DNA from: an uncultured Clostridia bacterium
GTDB taxonomy: Bacteria; Bacillota; Clostridia; Lachnospirales; CAG-274
DNA length: 46,422 nt
Reading direction: 5' to 3'
Assembly: GCA_944383875.1 (NCBI GenBank)
Contig: CALWRD010000120.1
Span: 1 to 46,422, forward strand
The translations under genes and the position numbers were made by a program. Positions 10,981 to 19,578 of the stretch are shown here, piece by piece. The notes under the pieces are model-generated. The model made no database searches. It was given only the letters and a program-made list of their open reading frames with translations, and was not told the DNA's origin. Within the stretch, counting starts at the first letter, position 1, and every line of letters begins with the position of its first letter.

Positions 10981-11736
10981 ATGGCAATAAAAATAAAAAG
11001 AGAACAGCAGATTAAAAAGATGAGGCTTGCCGGAGAAATAACCGGCAGGACCTTAAATCTGCTTAAAGATAAAATTGTTCCCGGAATTACAACATTTGAG
11101 CTTGACAAAATTGCTGAATCGTATATAATGGAATGTGGAGCGTTGCCATCCTTTAAGGGGTACAGCGGTTACCCCGCTTCTATTTGTACATCAATTAATG
11201 ACGAGGTTGTACACGGTATCCCGTCTAAGGACAGGGTGCTTAAGGAGGGCGATATTATCTCGATAGATGTGGGAGCATATATTGATTCCTTCCATGGAGA
11301 TGCCGCCCGTACCTTTGCTGTGGGAACTGTTTCACCCGAAAAGCAAAGGCTTATTGCTGTAACCGAGGAAAGCTTCTTTGCAGGTATTAAGTATGCCGCA
11401 GCAGGGAATAATCTATGTGAAATTTCATCAGCCATACAGGATACGGTGGAGCGTAACGGCTTCAGTGTTATACGTGATTATGTGGGTCACGGTATCGGCA
11501 GGAATTTGCATGAGGATCCCGCAATACCTAACTACCGCAACGGCAGACGAGGACCGGTGCTTAAGCCCGGTATGGTGCTTGCCGTTGAGCCTATGACGGC
11601 TATAGGGACTCATAGGGTGCGCGTGCTTTCAGACGGCTGGACTGCAGTTACCAAAGACGGTCTGCCATCTGCGCACTATGAAAACACGGTGCTTATTACC
11701 GAAGGAGAGCCTGAGCTTCTAACACTGCTTATTTGA
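10981..11736 (+). CDS. map: Type I methionine aminopeptidase
   Basis: 251 aa; VVHGIPS, ISIDVGA, HGIGRNLHEDP and LAVEPM motifs. Follows adk as in the spc cluster. Confidence 0.93.
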   Translation: MAIKIKREQQIKKMRLAGEITGRTLNLLKDKIVPGITTFELDKIAESYIMECGALPSFKGYSGYPASICTSINDEVVHGIPSKDRVLKEGDIISIDVGAYIDSFHGDAARTFAVGTVSPEKQRLIAVTEESFFAGIKYAAAGNNLCEISSAIQDTVERNGFSVIRDYVGHGIGRNLHEDPAIPNYRNGRRGPVLKPGMVLAVEPMTAIGTHRVRVLSDGWTAVTKDGLPSAHYENTVLITEGEPELLTLLI

Positions 11737-11737
11737 G

Positions 11738-12004
11738 GTGAACAGATTGTACAGTACAGGTCAGGTTGTTTATTCCAAAAGCGGACGTGACAAGGCAATG
11801 CCGTTTATTGTTGTCGGTGTTGAGGAGGATTACGTCTATCTTGCGGACGGCAAGCTGAGAAAGCTTGATAAACCCAAGAAAAAGAAAAAAATGCACGTGC
11901 AGCTTTGCAATGATATTATATATGATGTCAAGCAAAAGCTGGATGAAAATCTGTATCTGAATGATGCGGATCTGCGCAAAGCGTTGAAACCCTACAGGCA
12001 TTAA
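11738..12004 (+). CDS. Small KOW-domain RNA-binding protein (conserved between map and infA in Clostridia)
   Basis: STGQVVYSKSGRDKAMPFIVVGVEEDYVYLADG is KOW-like, followed by a Lys-rich segment. The start is ambiguous: GTG 11738 or in-frame TTG 11747, which sits 6 nt after GAGGTG. Confidence 0.7.
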   Translation: MNRLYSTGQVVYSKSGRDKAMPFIVVGVEEDYVYLADGKLRKLDKPKKKKKMHVQLCNDIIYDVKQKLDENLYLNDADLRKALKPYRH

Positions 12005-12034
12005 GTTTCCGATGTATTTTAAGGAGGTATTGCA

Positions 12035-12253
12035 TTGGCTAAAGACAATGTTATCGAAATGGAAGGCACTATTATTGAAAAGCTTCCTAACGCAATGTTC
12101 CAGGTGGAACTCGAAAACGGCCACAGAATCCTGGCTCATATTTCAGGTAAACTGCGCATGAACTTTATCAGGATCATTCCCGGCGACAAGGTAAAGGTGG
12201 AAATGTCCCCTTATGACCTTACAAAGGGCAGGATTACCTGGAGAGACAAATGA
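12035..12253 (+). CDS. infA: Translation initiation factor IF-1
   Basis: 72 aa; TTG start 7 nt after [37 protein letters not shown]... Confidence 0.95.
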   Translation: MAKDNVIEMEGTIIEKLPNAMFQVELENGHRILAHISGKLRMNFIRIIPGDKVKVEMSPYDLTKGRITWRDK

Positions 12254-12268
12254 AAGGAGTAATTTAAA

Positions 12269-12382
12269 ATGAAGGTTAGACCATCAGTTAAACCTATGTG
12301 TGAAAAGTGCAGAGTTATCAAGAGAAAAGGCTCTGTAAGAATTATTTGTGAAAATCCTAAGCATAAGCAAAGACAGGGTTGA
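12269..12382 (+). CDS. rpmJ: 50S ribosomal protein L36 (zinc type)
   Basis: 37-aa ORF not in the track: [47 protein letters not shown]. Confidence 0.92.
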   Translation: MKVRPSVKPMCEKCRVIKRKGSVRIICENPKHKQRQG

Positions 12383-12414
12383 TTTTTTAACCATTATTTG
12401 CTATACTTAAAGGG

Positions 12415-12580
12415 TTGTCAGTCAAAATAACAAGCATTTTCATGGTTTTAAGGGGTTATATGCCCCCGCAGGCCTATATTGACGGCAGATTTGGGAAAAT
12501 AGCGGATTTACAACTTACAGTACCGTATTTTCGCTTGCGGCTGTCCCCGTCTGCTCATTTCCGGCTTATTTTGACTGCAA
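12415..12580 (+). promoter_or_regulatory. About 165-nt nested-helix element in the rpmJ-rpsM spacer (candidate structured leader of the alpha operon, or an inserted palindromic element)
   Basis: The outer arms are 12 bp and perfect: CAGTCAAAATAA (12419-12430) / TTATTTTGACTG (12566-12577). Middle helix: GCAGA...TCTGC plus GGGA/TCCC. Inner helix: GAAAATA(G)CGG / CCGTATTTTC. Confidence 0.4.
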
Positions 12581-12627
12581 AAATATAACTATTGATTTTT
12601 AAATTTTGCAGGAGGTGCAATAAGTAA

Positions 12628-12996
12628 ATGGCTCGTATTGCGGGTGTAGACTTACCTAGAGAAAAACGTGTAGAAATCGGTCTTACTTATGTATATGGTA
12701 TTGGCCGTGCAAGCTCTAACAGAATCCTTGCAGAGGCAGGTGTTAATCCTGACACAAGAGTAAGGGATCTGACTGATGATGAGGTTGCTAAGATCCGTGA
12801 CGTAATTGACAGAACTCAGACTGTAGAGGGTGATCTCAGAAGACAAATCGCTCTTAATATCAAGCGTCTTGTGGAAATCGGATGCTACAGAGGTATTCGT
12901 CACAGGAAGGGTCTTCCTGTAAGAGGTCAGAAGACTAAGACCAACGCAAGAACCAGAAAGGGTCCAAGAAGGACTGTAGCTAATAAGAAGAAGTAA
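12628..12996 (+). CDS. rpsM: 30S ribosomal protein S13
   Basis: 122 aa; [26 protein letters not shown]. Confidence 0.96.
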   Translation: MARIAGVDLPREKRVEIGLTYVYGIGRASSNRILAEAGVNPDTRVRDLTDDEVAKIRDVIDRTQTVEGDLRRQIALNIKRLVEIGCYRGIRHRKGLPVRGQKTKTNARTRKGPRRTVANKKK

Positions 12997-13094
12997 TTTT
13001 TTATTCGATTTGCCTTATTGAATAGGCGTGATTACTCATTATAAGCGGTACTACCGCTTTGATCGTTTGATATTGATTAAGGAGGTTCAATTTA

Positions 13095-13496
13095 ATGGCT
13101 AAGAAGACAGTGAAGAAAGCTGCCGGCCGTAGACGTCGTGACAGAAAAGTCGTTGAACGCGGACAGGCTCATATTCAGTCAACATTTAACAATACAATAG
13201 TAACTATTACAGACGGTGCCGGCAACGCTCTTTCATGGGCAAGTGCAGGCGAGCTGGGATTCAGAGGTTCCAGAAAGTCTACTCCATATGCTGCTCAGAT
13301 GGCGGCTGAAAAGGCAGCAGGTGCAGCTAAGGACTACGGTCTTAAGACAGTTGAGGTATTCGTAAAGGGTCCCGGCAGCGGACGTGAGGCTGCTATCAGA
13401 GCTCTTCAGGCAGCAGGTCTTGACGTAACTATGATCAAGGACGTTACTCCTGTTCCTCACAACGGCTGCAGACCACCTAAGAGAAGAAGAGTTTAA
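13095..13496 (+). CDS. rpsK: 30S ribosomal protein S11
   Basis: 133 aa; [22 protein letters not shown]...[10 protein letters not shown]. Confidence 0.96.
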   Translation: MAKKTVKKAAGRRRRDRKVVERGQAHIQSTFNNTIVTITDGAGNALSWASAGELGFRGSRKSTPYAAQMAAEKAAGAAKDYGLKTVEVFVKGPGSGREAAIRALQAAGLDVTMIKDVTPVPHNGCRPPKRRRV

Positions 13497-13503
13497 TTTT
13501 ATA

Positions 13504-13536
13504 TGCCGCCCGGCGGCAAGTTCGTTTTGTTTATTT
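13504..13536 (+). terminator. Short GC hairpin plus T-rich tract between rpsK and rpsD (weak attenuator or rpsD leader structure)
   Basis: TGCCGC-CCG-GCGGCA (13504-13518), followed by AGTTCGTTTTGTTTATTT. Confidence 0.35.
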
Positions 13537-13573
13537 GATATTTTGTATTATAATACGGAGGTGCTATTAATTA

Positions 13574-14164
13574 ATGGCTAGAGATATGGGTCCTATCCTT
13601 AAAAGATGCAGATATTTAGGCATCGAGCCTGCTGTTCTCGGTTCTTCCAAGAAGGCAAGCAAGCGTAAGAGAAATATGCGTAAGTTAAGCGAGTACGGTA
13701 CACAGTTAAAGGAAAAGCAGAAGGTTAAGTTCATTTACGGCGTACTTGAAAAGCAGTTCAGAAACTACTACAAGAAAGCCGACAGAATGAGTGGTATCAC
13801 AGGTGAAAACCTTCTTCAGCTCCTTGAACTCAGACTTGATAATGTAGTATACAGACTTGGTCTTGGTCGTACAAGGAAAGAAGCAAGACAGATTGTTCGT
13901 CACAATCTTATCACTTTAAACGGTAAAAAGGTAAACATCCCTTCACTTCAGGTTAAGGTAGGCGATGTAATCGAGGTTAAGGAGAGCAAGAAGGATCTTC
14001 AGAGATTCAAGGATGTTCTCGATGTAACAGGTTCAAGGATTGTGCCTGAGTGGCTTACTGCCGATCAGGAGGCACTTAAGGGCACAGTAAACGCTCTTCC
14101 TAAGAGGGAGCAGCTTGACCTGCCTGTAAATGAAACACTCATTGTCGAGTTGTATTCCAAGTAA
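13574..14164 (+). CDS. rpsD: 30S ribosomal protein S4
   Basis: 196 aa; S4 N-terminal region plus S4 RNA-binding domain ([38 protein letters not shown]). Confidence 0.95.
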   Translation: MARDMGPILKRCRYLGIEPAVLGSSKKASKRKRNMRKLSEYGTQLKEKQKVKFIYGVLEKQFRNYYKKADRMSGITGENLLQLLELRLDNVVYRLGLGRTRKEARQIVRHNLITLNGKKVNIPSLQVKVGDVIEVKESKKDLQRFKDVLDVTGSRIVPEWLTADQEALKGTVNALPKREQLDLPVNETLIVELYSK

Positions 14165-14285
14165 TACAATAAGGACAGTATTGAGATGGCTGTATCCCTT
14201 TGGGTTTGCAGCCGAGGGATGACTCCCTTAAAAATGTATCGTAAACGTTTATTTTGGATAACCGAGCCAAGGGAGGTTGGACTGA

Positions 14286-15239
14286 GTGTTTGAATTTGAG
14301 AAACCTCGTATAGAGATTACTGAAAACGATGGTAGATATGGCTGTTTCGTAGTGGAGCCTCTTGAAAGAGGCTACGGTACTACCTTGGGTAACTCCTTAA
14401 GGAGAATTTTGCTTTCATCCCTGCCCGGCGCAGCAGTAAGCAATGTTAAAATCGACGGTGTAGTACACGAGTTCAGCACTATCCCCGGCGTTAAGGAAGA
14501 TGTAACCGAGATTATTTTAAATCTCAAGAATCTTGCTATTAAGAGCAATACCGAAAGCCGTGAGCCTAAGCTTGCCTATATTGATTTTACAGGCGAAGGT
14601 GAGGTAAAGGCTTCGGATATTAAGGTTGATTCAGATATAGAAATTTTAAATCCCGACCAGCACATAGCAACACTCAGCGGCGGTCCGGACAGTAAGCTCT
14701 TTATGGAGATTACTATTACAAAGGGTCGTGGCTATGTAGAGGCTTCCAAGAATAAAAGACCGGATCAGCCTCTCAGGATGCTGCCTGTTGACTCACTTTA
14801 CACCCCTGTTACAAGGGTAAACTTTAAGGTTGAGGATACACGTGTAGGTCAGATTACAGACTATGACAAGCTTACCTTTGAGGTATGGACAAACGGTACC
14901 ATCACTCCCGATGATGCCGTAAGCCTCGGCGCTAAGATACTTACAGAGCATCTTAATCTCTTTGTGGATCTTTCTGACAGTGCAAAGAATGCCGAGATAC
15001 TTGTTGAAAAAGAAGTTGGTACCAAGGAAAAGGTGCTTGAGCTTTCCATTGAGGAGCTTGATCTTTCAGTAAGAAGTTACAACTGTCTTAAGAGAGCAGG
15101 TATCAATACCGTTGAGGATCTGGCTAACAAGACTGAAGACGATATGATGAAAGTACGTAACTTAGGACGTAAGTCCCTTGAGGAAGTGCTTAATAAGATG
15201 GCTGAGCTTGGCTTAAGCTTAAGCCCCAGTGAAGAATAA
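14286..15239 (+). CDS. rpoA: DNA-directed RNA polymerase subunit alpha
   Basis: 317 aa; GTG start after [19 protein letters not shown]...[19 protein letters not shown]-terminal domain [14 protein letters not shown]. Confidence 0.95.
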   Translation: MFEFEKPRIEITENDGRYGCFVVEPLERGYGTTLGNSLRRILLSSLPGAAVSNVKIDGVVHEFSTIPGVKEDVTEIILNLKNLAIKSNTESREPKLAYIDFTGEGEVKASDIKVDSDIEILNPDQHIATLSGGPDSKLFMEITITKGRGYVEASKNKRPDQPLRMLPVDSLYTPVTRVNFKVEDTRVGQITDYDKLTFEVWTNGTITPDDAVSLGAKILTEHLNLFVDLSDSAKNAEILVEKEVGTKEKVLELSIEELDLSVRSYNCLKRAGINTVEDLANKTEDDMMKVRNLGRKSLEEVLNKMAELGLSLSPSEE

Positions 15240-15255
15240 TTAAGGAGGACTAGTA

Positions 15256-15792
15256 ATGAGCGGATACAGAAAGCTTGGTCGTACATCAAGCCAGCGTAAG
15301 GCTTTATTGCGCAACCAGGTGACTAATTTGTTATATCACGGCAAGATTACCACTACCGAAGCTAAGGCTAAGGAGATCAGGTCTATTGCCGAAAAGCTTA
15401 TCACACTTGCAGTTAAGGAAAAGGATAACTTTACAGAGGTAGAGGTTACCGCTAAGGTTCCTAAGAAGGACGAAAACGGCAAGAGAGTTAAGAAGGATGA
15501 AAACGGTAAGAGAGTTACTGTTTTTGATGAGGTTACCAAGACCATCAAGAAGGATAACCCAAGCAGACTTAACGCAAGAAGAAAGATGCTCAGCGTGCTT
15601 TATCCTGTAGTTGCTGTACCTGCTGACGGCAGAAAGGTAAGAAGCAACACAGTTAATGTGGATATGGCTAAGATGATGTTTGAGGAAATCGCACCTAAGT
15701 ACGCAGGTCGTAACGGTGGTTATACTCGTATGATCAAGTGCGGTGCAAGACGTGGTGACGGTGCTGAAACCGTTATTATCGAGCTTGTATAA
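15256..15792 (+). CDS. rplQ: 50S ribosomal protein L17 (long form with an internal insertion containing a 9-aa tandem duplication)
   Basis: 178 aa. The N-terminus [37 protein letters not shown] and the C-terminus [25 protein letters not shown] are L17. KKDENGKRV appears twice in the middle. Confidence 0.93.
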   Translation: MSGYRKLGRTSSQRKALLRNQVTNLLYHGKITTTEAKAKEIRSIAEKLITLAVKEKDNFTEVEVTAKVPKKDENGKRVKKDENGKRVTVFDEVTKTIKKDNPSRLNARRKMLSVLYPVVAVPADGRKVRSNTVNVDMAKMMFEEIAPKYAGRNGGYTRMIKCGARRGDGAETVIIELV

Positions 15793-15818
15793 TTTCGGAA
15801 TGTTTTAATAACGTATTT

Positions 15819-15849
15819 AAAGGGCTGTGTGTTATGCATAGCCCTTTTT
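15819..15849 (+). terminator. Rho-independent terminator of the alpha operon
   Basis: AAGGGCT (15819-25) / AGCCCTT (15840-46), followed by TTTG, 27 nt after the rplQ stop. Confidence 0.7.
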
Positions 15850-15949
15850 GCTGTGAAAAGTACTATGCAAAAATGTATAGGTTTTGGCAAAGCCTATGTG
15901 TAACCCCTTTTTTCGCTATCGTAACATAAATTTACTATTTTCTTTTTCC

Positions 15950-16145
15950 CTTAATCCCAAAAAGGGATTCCTACTTTTCTGCGAGAAAAGTAGGCAAAAG
16001 CGCCGCTTTTCCGAGGCGCGGAGCACGGCTTAGGGGCGAGAACGCCGCCCCTAAGAACCCTTACTTTGCCCCTAGAGCATTTGTACCGATTTTCTTAACG
16101 CCGCCTGTTTTATAGGCGGCTAAAAATCATTACAAATGCTTTTGT
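15950..16145. other. Cluster of at least five strong hairpins in a non-coding region
   Basis: Hairpins: AATCCC/GGGATT (15953-69); CCTACTTTTCT-GCG-AGAAAAGTAGG (15970-94, 11 bp perfect); GCGCC/GGCGC (16000-19); CTTAGGGGCG/CGCCCCTAAG (16029-55, 10 bp perfect). GCATTTGTA/TACAAATGC (16077-16139) encloses GCCGCCT/AGGCGGC. Confidence 0.5.
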
Positions 16146-16433
16146 TGAGACTTTAGGAAGATGTTATTGTTAGCTTGTCTTAGTTTATCGGTAGAACAGA
16201 TGAAAATCTTTAAGCAAATGGTTTATGTTAATTTTTATTTGTCAAAACCTATACTTAATTGAAAAGTTCAAAAATAAATTTATCTGCGTTAAGAAGCTTT
16301 AGCAGATACAAAATTTATTTTCATTTGTATCAATTAAGCATAATAAAATAAAATTTAATGTTGTATGCTTATGTTTTTTATGTTAAAATGTTATGGTAAG
16401 CTTTATTTATCAGAAGGAAAGTGAGCCGATATT

Positions 16434-17123
16434 ATGAAAAAATTACCTAAGGAAATATATATACTGGGCGGATTTGCCGTCCTTCTCTGCCTGATTATAG
16501 TTGTTATATCTTTCTCGGGCGGAGGTGATGCACAAAGTAATAATTCAGCTGATGCACAACAGCAGGTCACCAATGCGGTTGAGGTTACTACCGAGCCTAC
16601 AGCCGCCGATGTTGAGGCAATAGCCTTGCCTGATAAATCTGAATTTGCCCAGATACTTGGATTTGAGCCTGCACAGGTTGACAGACTTACGGATCTTTAT
16701 GTGCTCAGATATGTATTTACTACAGATACAGGTGTGGAGTATTACTATCAGCAACATCTGGCAGCTAACGGTCAAAGGCTTATTCTTAAGATTGATAAGA
16801 TGAGCGAAGATGAGTACAATGCTTCTCTGCCTGCCGAGTCTGTTGCTCAGCACGTGGAAATAGACGGAAGAGATGCAGTCTTTGCCGATCGTTGGCTTTA
16901 TAAGGTACCCGAGGGAGAAGACCCGGGAGAAGGGGTACTGGCAATGGAGAAAGAAGGCACAGCTGTAATTTCAGTGGGCGGCATATACAAAGAGGCGTCA
17001 CAGCTTCAGACCCTTGATTGGTACGAAAACGGATGCAGATATGAGTTGTATTGTGATTTTATGAACGTGACAATTGAAGAAATGACAGAGTTTGCTGAAT
17101 ATTATTTTGAAAATGCACAGTAA
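16434..17123 (+). CDS. Membrane-anchored hypothetical protein (single N-terminal TM; C-terminal part resembles DUF4367)
   Basis: 229 aa; the N-terminus MKKLPKEIYILGGFAVLLCLIIVVISF is a signal-anchor. The C-terminal LDWYENGCRYELYCDF...IEEMTEFAEYYF recalls DUF4367 from memory. It has its own terminator. Confidence 0.65.
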   Translation: MKKLPKEIYILGGFAVLLCLIIVVISFSGGGDAQSNNSADAQQQVTNAVEVTTEPTAADVEAIALPDKSEFAQILGFEPAQVDRLTDLYVLRYVFTTDTGVEYYYQQHLAANGQRLILKIDKMSEDEYNASLPAESVAQHVEIDGRDAVFADRWLYKVPEGEDPGEGVLAMEKEGTAVISVGGIYKEASQLQTLDWYENGCRYELYCDFMNVTIEEMTEFAEYYFENAQ

Positions 17124-17204
17124 ACAGTGAAGTTTGAGAGATAAAAATATATTTTATGCAATTATCTGACAATTAAATTTTGCCTTGGATTACGCTTTTA
17201 TCCT

Positions 17205-17256
17205 CCTAATCTATGTTAAAGTTGCCAATATTACCATAGATTAGGGGGTTTTTATT
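17205..17256 (+). terminator. Rho-independent terminator
   Basis: A stem of about 14 bp, CCTCCTAATCTATG / CATAGATTAGGGGG (17202-15 / 17235-48), followed by TTTTTATT. Confidence 0.75.
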
Positions 17257-17295
17257 GTGCTAATTAATAAATCGTGAATTTTAAGAGAGTTTTTC

Positions 17296-17324
17296 TTGCT
17301 TTTTATGCGGTTTAGTGATAATAT
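17296..17324 (+). promoter_or_regulatory. Candidate sigma-A promoter of the 629-aa gene
   Basis: TTGCTT (17296-301), 17-nt spacer, TAATAT (17319-24). This leaves a leader of about 140 nt. Confidence 0.45.
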
Positions 17325-17468
17325 TATAAGTGATATAGCTAAATGCTTATGATAAAGTGCCGCAGAAGGGACTTGTTTAAGTTATGAAATATTCTGCCCC
17401 GTAAGCTGCACTTTGATATATATCGGTTTTATATACGGATATAGATATTAATTTAAGGAGGCTAATTT

Positions 17469-19358
17469 ATGAAGAACCCCATTGTAAGTAAAATGGTTCT
17501 TCCTCAGTGTGTTACCGATATTTTAAATGCGGTGCCTGAGGTTATTGTACCTGAAAGCAGAGAGCACCTTTTTGATCTCTCATACGGCGGAAAGGGCAAT
17601 AAGACCTTTGATGTAAACTTTGACGTAAACGGAAAATCTGTTCGTGAAGCTTATGTAACAAGATGTAAGAACGGTATGGTTATCAATTTTGATGACAAGG
17701 CAATGCGCCGCCGTGACCCTAACTCTATGGTAATTGCGGATCATCTTCCTACAGATAAACCAACCTATGAGGAAAGATTCGGTATACCTTTTGACAGTGT
17801 ACGTGAGGAAACTTTTGAATGGCTTAAGGAGAGAGAATCACTTATAGCATTACCTTTCTATGCAGGTAACGAGGATCTTAAGCTCGGTTATCCATGTATT
17901 GCCATAGTACCTACCAACGCTGCATGCTTTGCGGCCATGCTTGCGGATATGCAGTGCTTTATTCCGGCAGATAAGGTACCTAACTTCTTTAAGCCAAAGG
18001 GAATTATATATGTGGCTCCACCTTTCCGTCACACTCATTTTGAAGGAAAGCAGGTTGTAGTACATAACCGTATGTACGATATGCAGGAAGTATTCAGCTA
18101 CAACCTCTATCCCGGTCCATCAGCCAAGAAGGGTGTTTACAGTATCCTTCTTAATATAGGCGAGCAGGAAAAGTGGGTAACTCTCCATGCATCAACAGTA
18201 AAGATCATTACTCCATATGAGTTGGAGCTTACTATTATGCACGAGGGTGCTTCAGGCGGCGGTAAGTCTGAGATGACTGAGCCTTTCCACAGAGAGCCTG
18301 ACGGTCGTCTGCTTCTTGCCACAAACACAATTACAGGTGAAAAGACTCTTGTAAATATTGCGGATACATCCGAGCTTCATCCTGTAACCGATGATATGGC
18401 ACTTGCTCATCCAAGTCTTCAGAACGACAGCAAGAAGCTTGTTGTTGCTGATGCTGAAAACGGTTGGTTCCTTAGGGTAAACCATATTGAGCATTACGGT
18501 ACAGAGCCTGAAACAGAGGCAGCTACCATCCATCCAAAGCAGCCTCTTATCTTCCTTAATATGCAGGCAGTTCCCGATTCTACCTGCCTCATTTGGGAGC
18601 ATATAGAGGATGAACCGGGTGTACCTTGCCCTAATCCAAGACTTATTATGTCAAGAAGACTTAAGAATAATATCGTAAGCGGTGCTGTTGAGGTTGATGT
18701 AAGAAGTTTCGGTGTTCGTACTCCACCTACAACCAAGGATAACCCTAACTACGGTATTATAGGTCTTTTCCATGTACTTCCACCTGCACTTGCATGGCTT
18801 TGGAGACTGGTTGCACCACGTGGTTTTGCTAATCCTTCTATTATAGACAACTCAGGCAATGCCCTTAAGAGTGAAGGCGTTGGTTCTTACTGGCCATTTG
18901 CTACAGGTAAGAAGGTTGATCAGGCTAATCTGCTCCTTGACCAGATCTTAAGCACACCTTCTACAAGATACATCCTTATACCTAACCAGTACATCGGCTG
19001 CTATAAGGTAGGTTTTGCAGGTCAGTGGGCTACAAGAGAGTACCTTTCAAGAAGGGGCGGCGCTAAGTTCAGACGTGAAATGCTTGATGAGGCAAGATGC
19101 CCAATCCTTGGTTACGCTCTTAAGTCTATGAAGATTGACGGAAACGACGTACCTAAGGGTCTTTTACAGGTAAATGAGCAGGAGAGAGTAGGCAACGAAG
19201 GTTACGATGCAGGCGCTAAAATCCTTACTGATTTCTTTAAGGAGCAGCTTGTTCAGTTCGATACTTCTTCGCTTGAGCCTCTTGGTCATCAGATTATTCA
19301 GGCTTGCCTTGACGATGCTTCTGTTCAGGATTACTACGATCTCATTCCTAAGCTTTGA
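17469..19358 (+). CDS. Large uncharacterized protein with an HprK/PEPCK-style P-loop (probably the DUF4914 family)
   Basis: 629 aa with a strong AAGGAGG RBS and a central MHEGASGGGKSEMTEP P-loop. Monocistronic, between its own promoter and the liv promoter. The family name is from memory only. Confidence 0.8.
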   Translation: MKNPIVSKMVLPQCVTDILNAVPEVIVPESREHLFDLSYGGKGNKTFDVNFDVNGKSVREAYVTRCKNGMVINFDDKAMRRRDPNSMVIADHLPTDKPTYEERFGIPFDSVREETFEWLKERESLIALPFYAGNEDLKLGYPCIAIVPTNAACFAAMLADMQCFIPADKVPNFFKPKGIIYVAPPFRHTHFEGKQVVVHNRMYDMQEVFSYNLYPGPSAKKGVYSILLNIGEQEKWVTLHASTVKIITPYELELTIMHEGASGGGKSEMTEPFHREPDGRLLLATNTITGEKTLVNIADTSELHPVTDDMALAHPSLQNDSKKLVVADAENGWFLRVNHIEHYGTEPETEAATIHPKQPLIFLNMQAVPDSTCLIWEHIEDEPGVPCPNPRLIMSRRLKNNIVSGAVEVDVRSFGVRTPPTTKDNPNYGIIGLFHVLPPALAWLWRLVAPRGFANPSIIDNSGNALKSEGVGSYWPFATGKKVDQANLLLDQILSTPSTRYILIPNQYIGCYKVGFAGQWATREYLSRRGGAKFRREMLDEARCPILGYALKSMKIDGNDVPKGLLQVNEQERVGNEGYDAGAKILTDFFKEQLVQFDTSSLEPLGHQIIQACLDDASVQDYYDLIPKL

Positions 19359-19466
19359 TTTATCTAAGGCTGATTTGTTTTAGGGAATGTAAAAAAGTGC
19401 ATAAGAAAATACTTGCATCTAATGCAAAAAAAATTACACTTTTTTTAATAAAAACTTAAAAATAGT

Positions 19467-19495
19467 TTGACATTCACTAAAATATGCAATATAAT
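19467..19495 (+). promoter_or_regulatory. Consensus sigma-A promoter of the liv operon
   Basis: TTGACA (19467-72), exactly 17 nt, TATAAT (19490-95). Confidence 0.75.
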
Positions 19496-19506
19496 GTAAA
19501 AAGACT

Positions 19507-19552
19507 AAGGCGTTAGGATTAAATGAATATCTTAACGCCTTTAATTATTTAA
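19507..19552 (+). promoter_or_regulatory. Leader hairpin plus 9-codon Ile/Leu-rich mini-ORF upstream of the BCAA transporter
   Basis: AAGGCGTTA (19507-15) / TAACGCCTT (19533-41), followed by TAATTATTT. ATG 19523 to TAA 19552 encodes MNILTPLII, and its stop overlaps a second ATG (TAATG). Confidence 0.4.
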
Positions 19553-19578
19553 TGAATATCTTAAGGAGGGGTTTCTTG

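Noticed and set aside
17325-17468. Leader of the 629-aa gene as a known riboswitch
   Set aside because: A closing helix exists (17354-60 / 17408-14). However, I could not match the enclosed sequence to purine, preQ1, c-di-GMP, ZTP, SAM or any other class I know, so it is not called.
19381-19447. Terminator for the 629-aa gene
   Set aside because: Only A6GTG/CACT6 pairing across a 37-nt loop and a small TTGCAT/ATGCAA hairpin followed by an A-run are present. This is not convincing enough to annotate.
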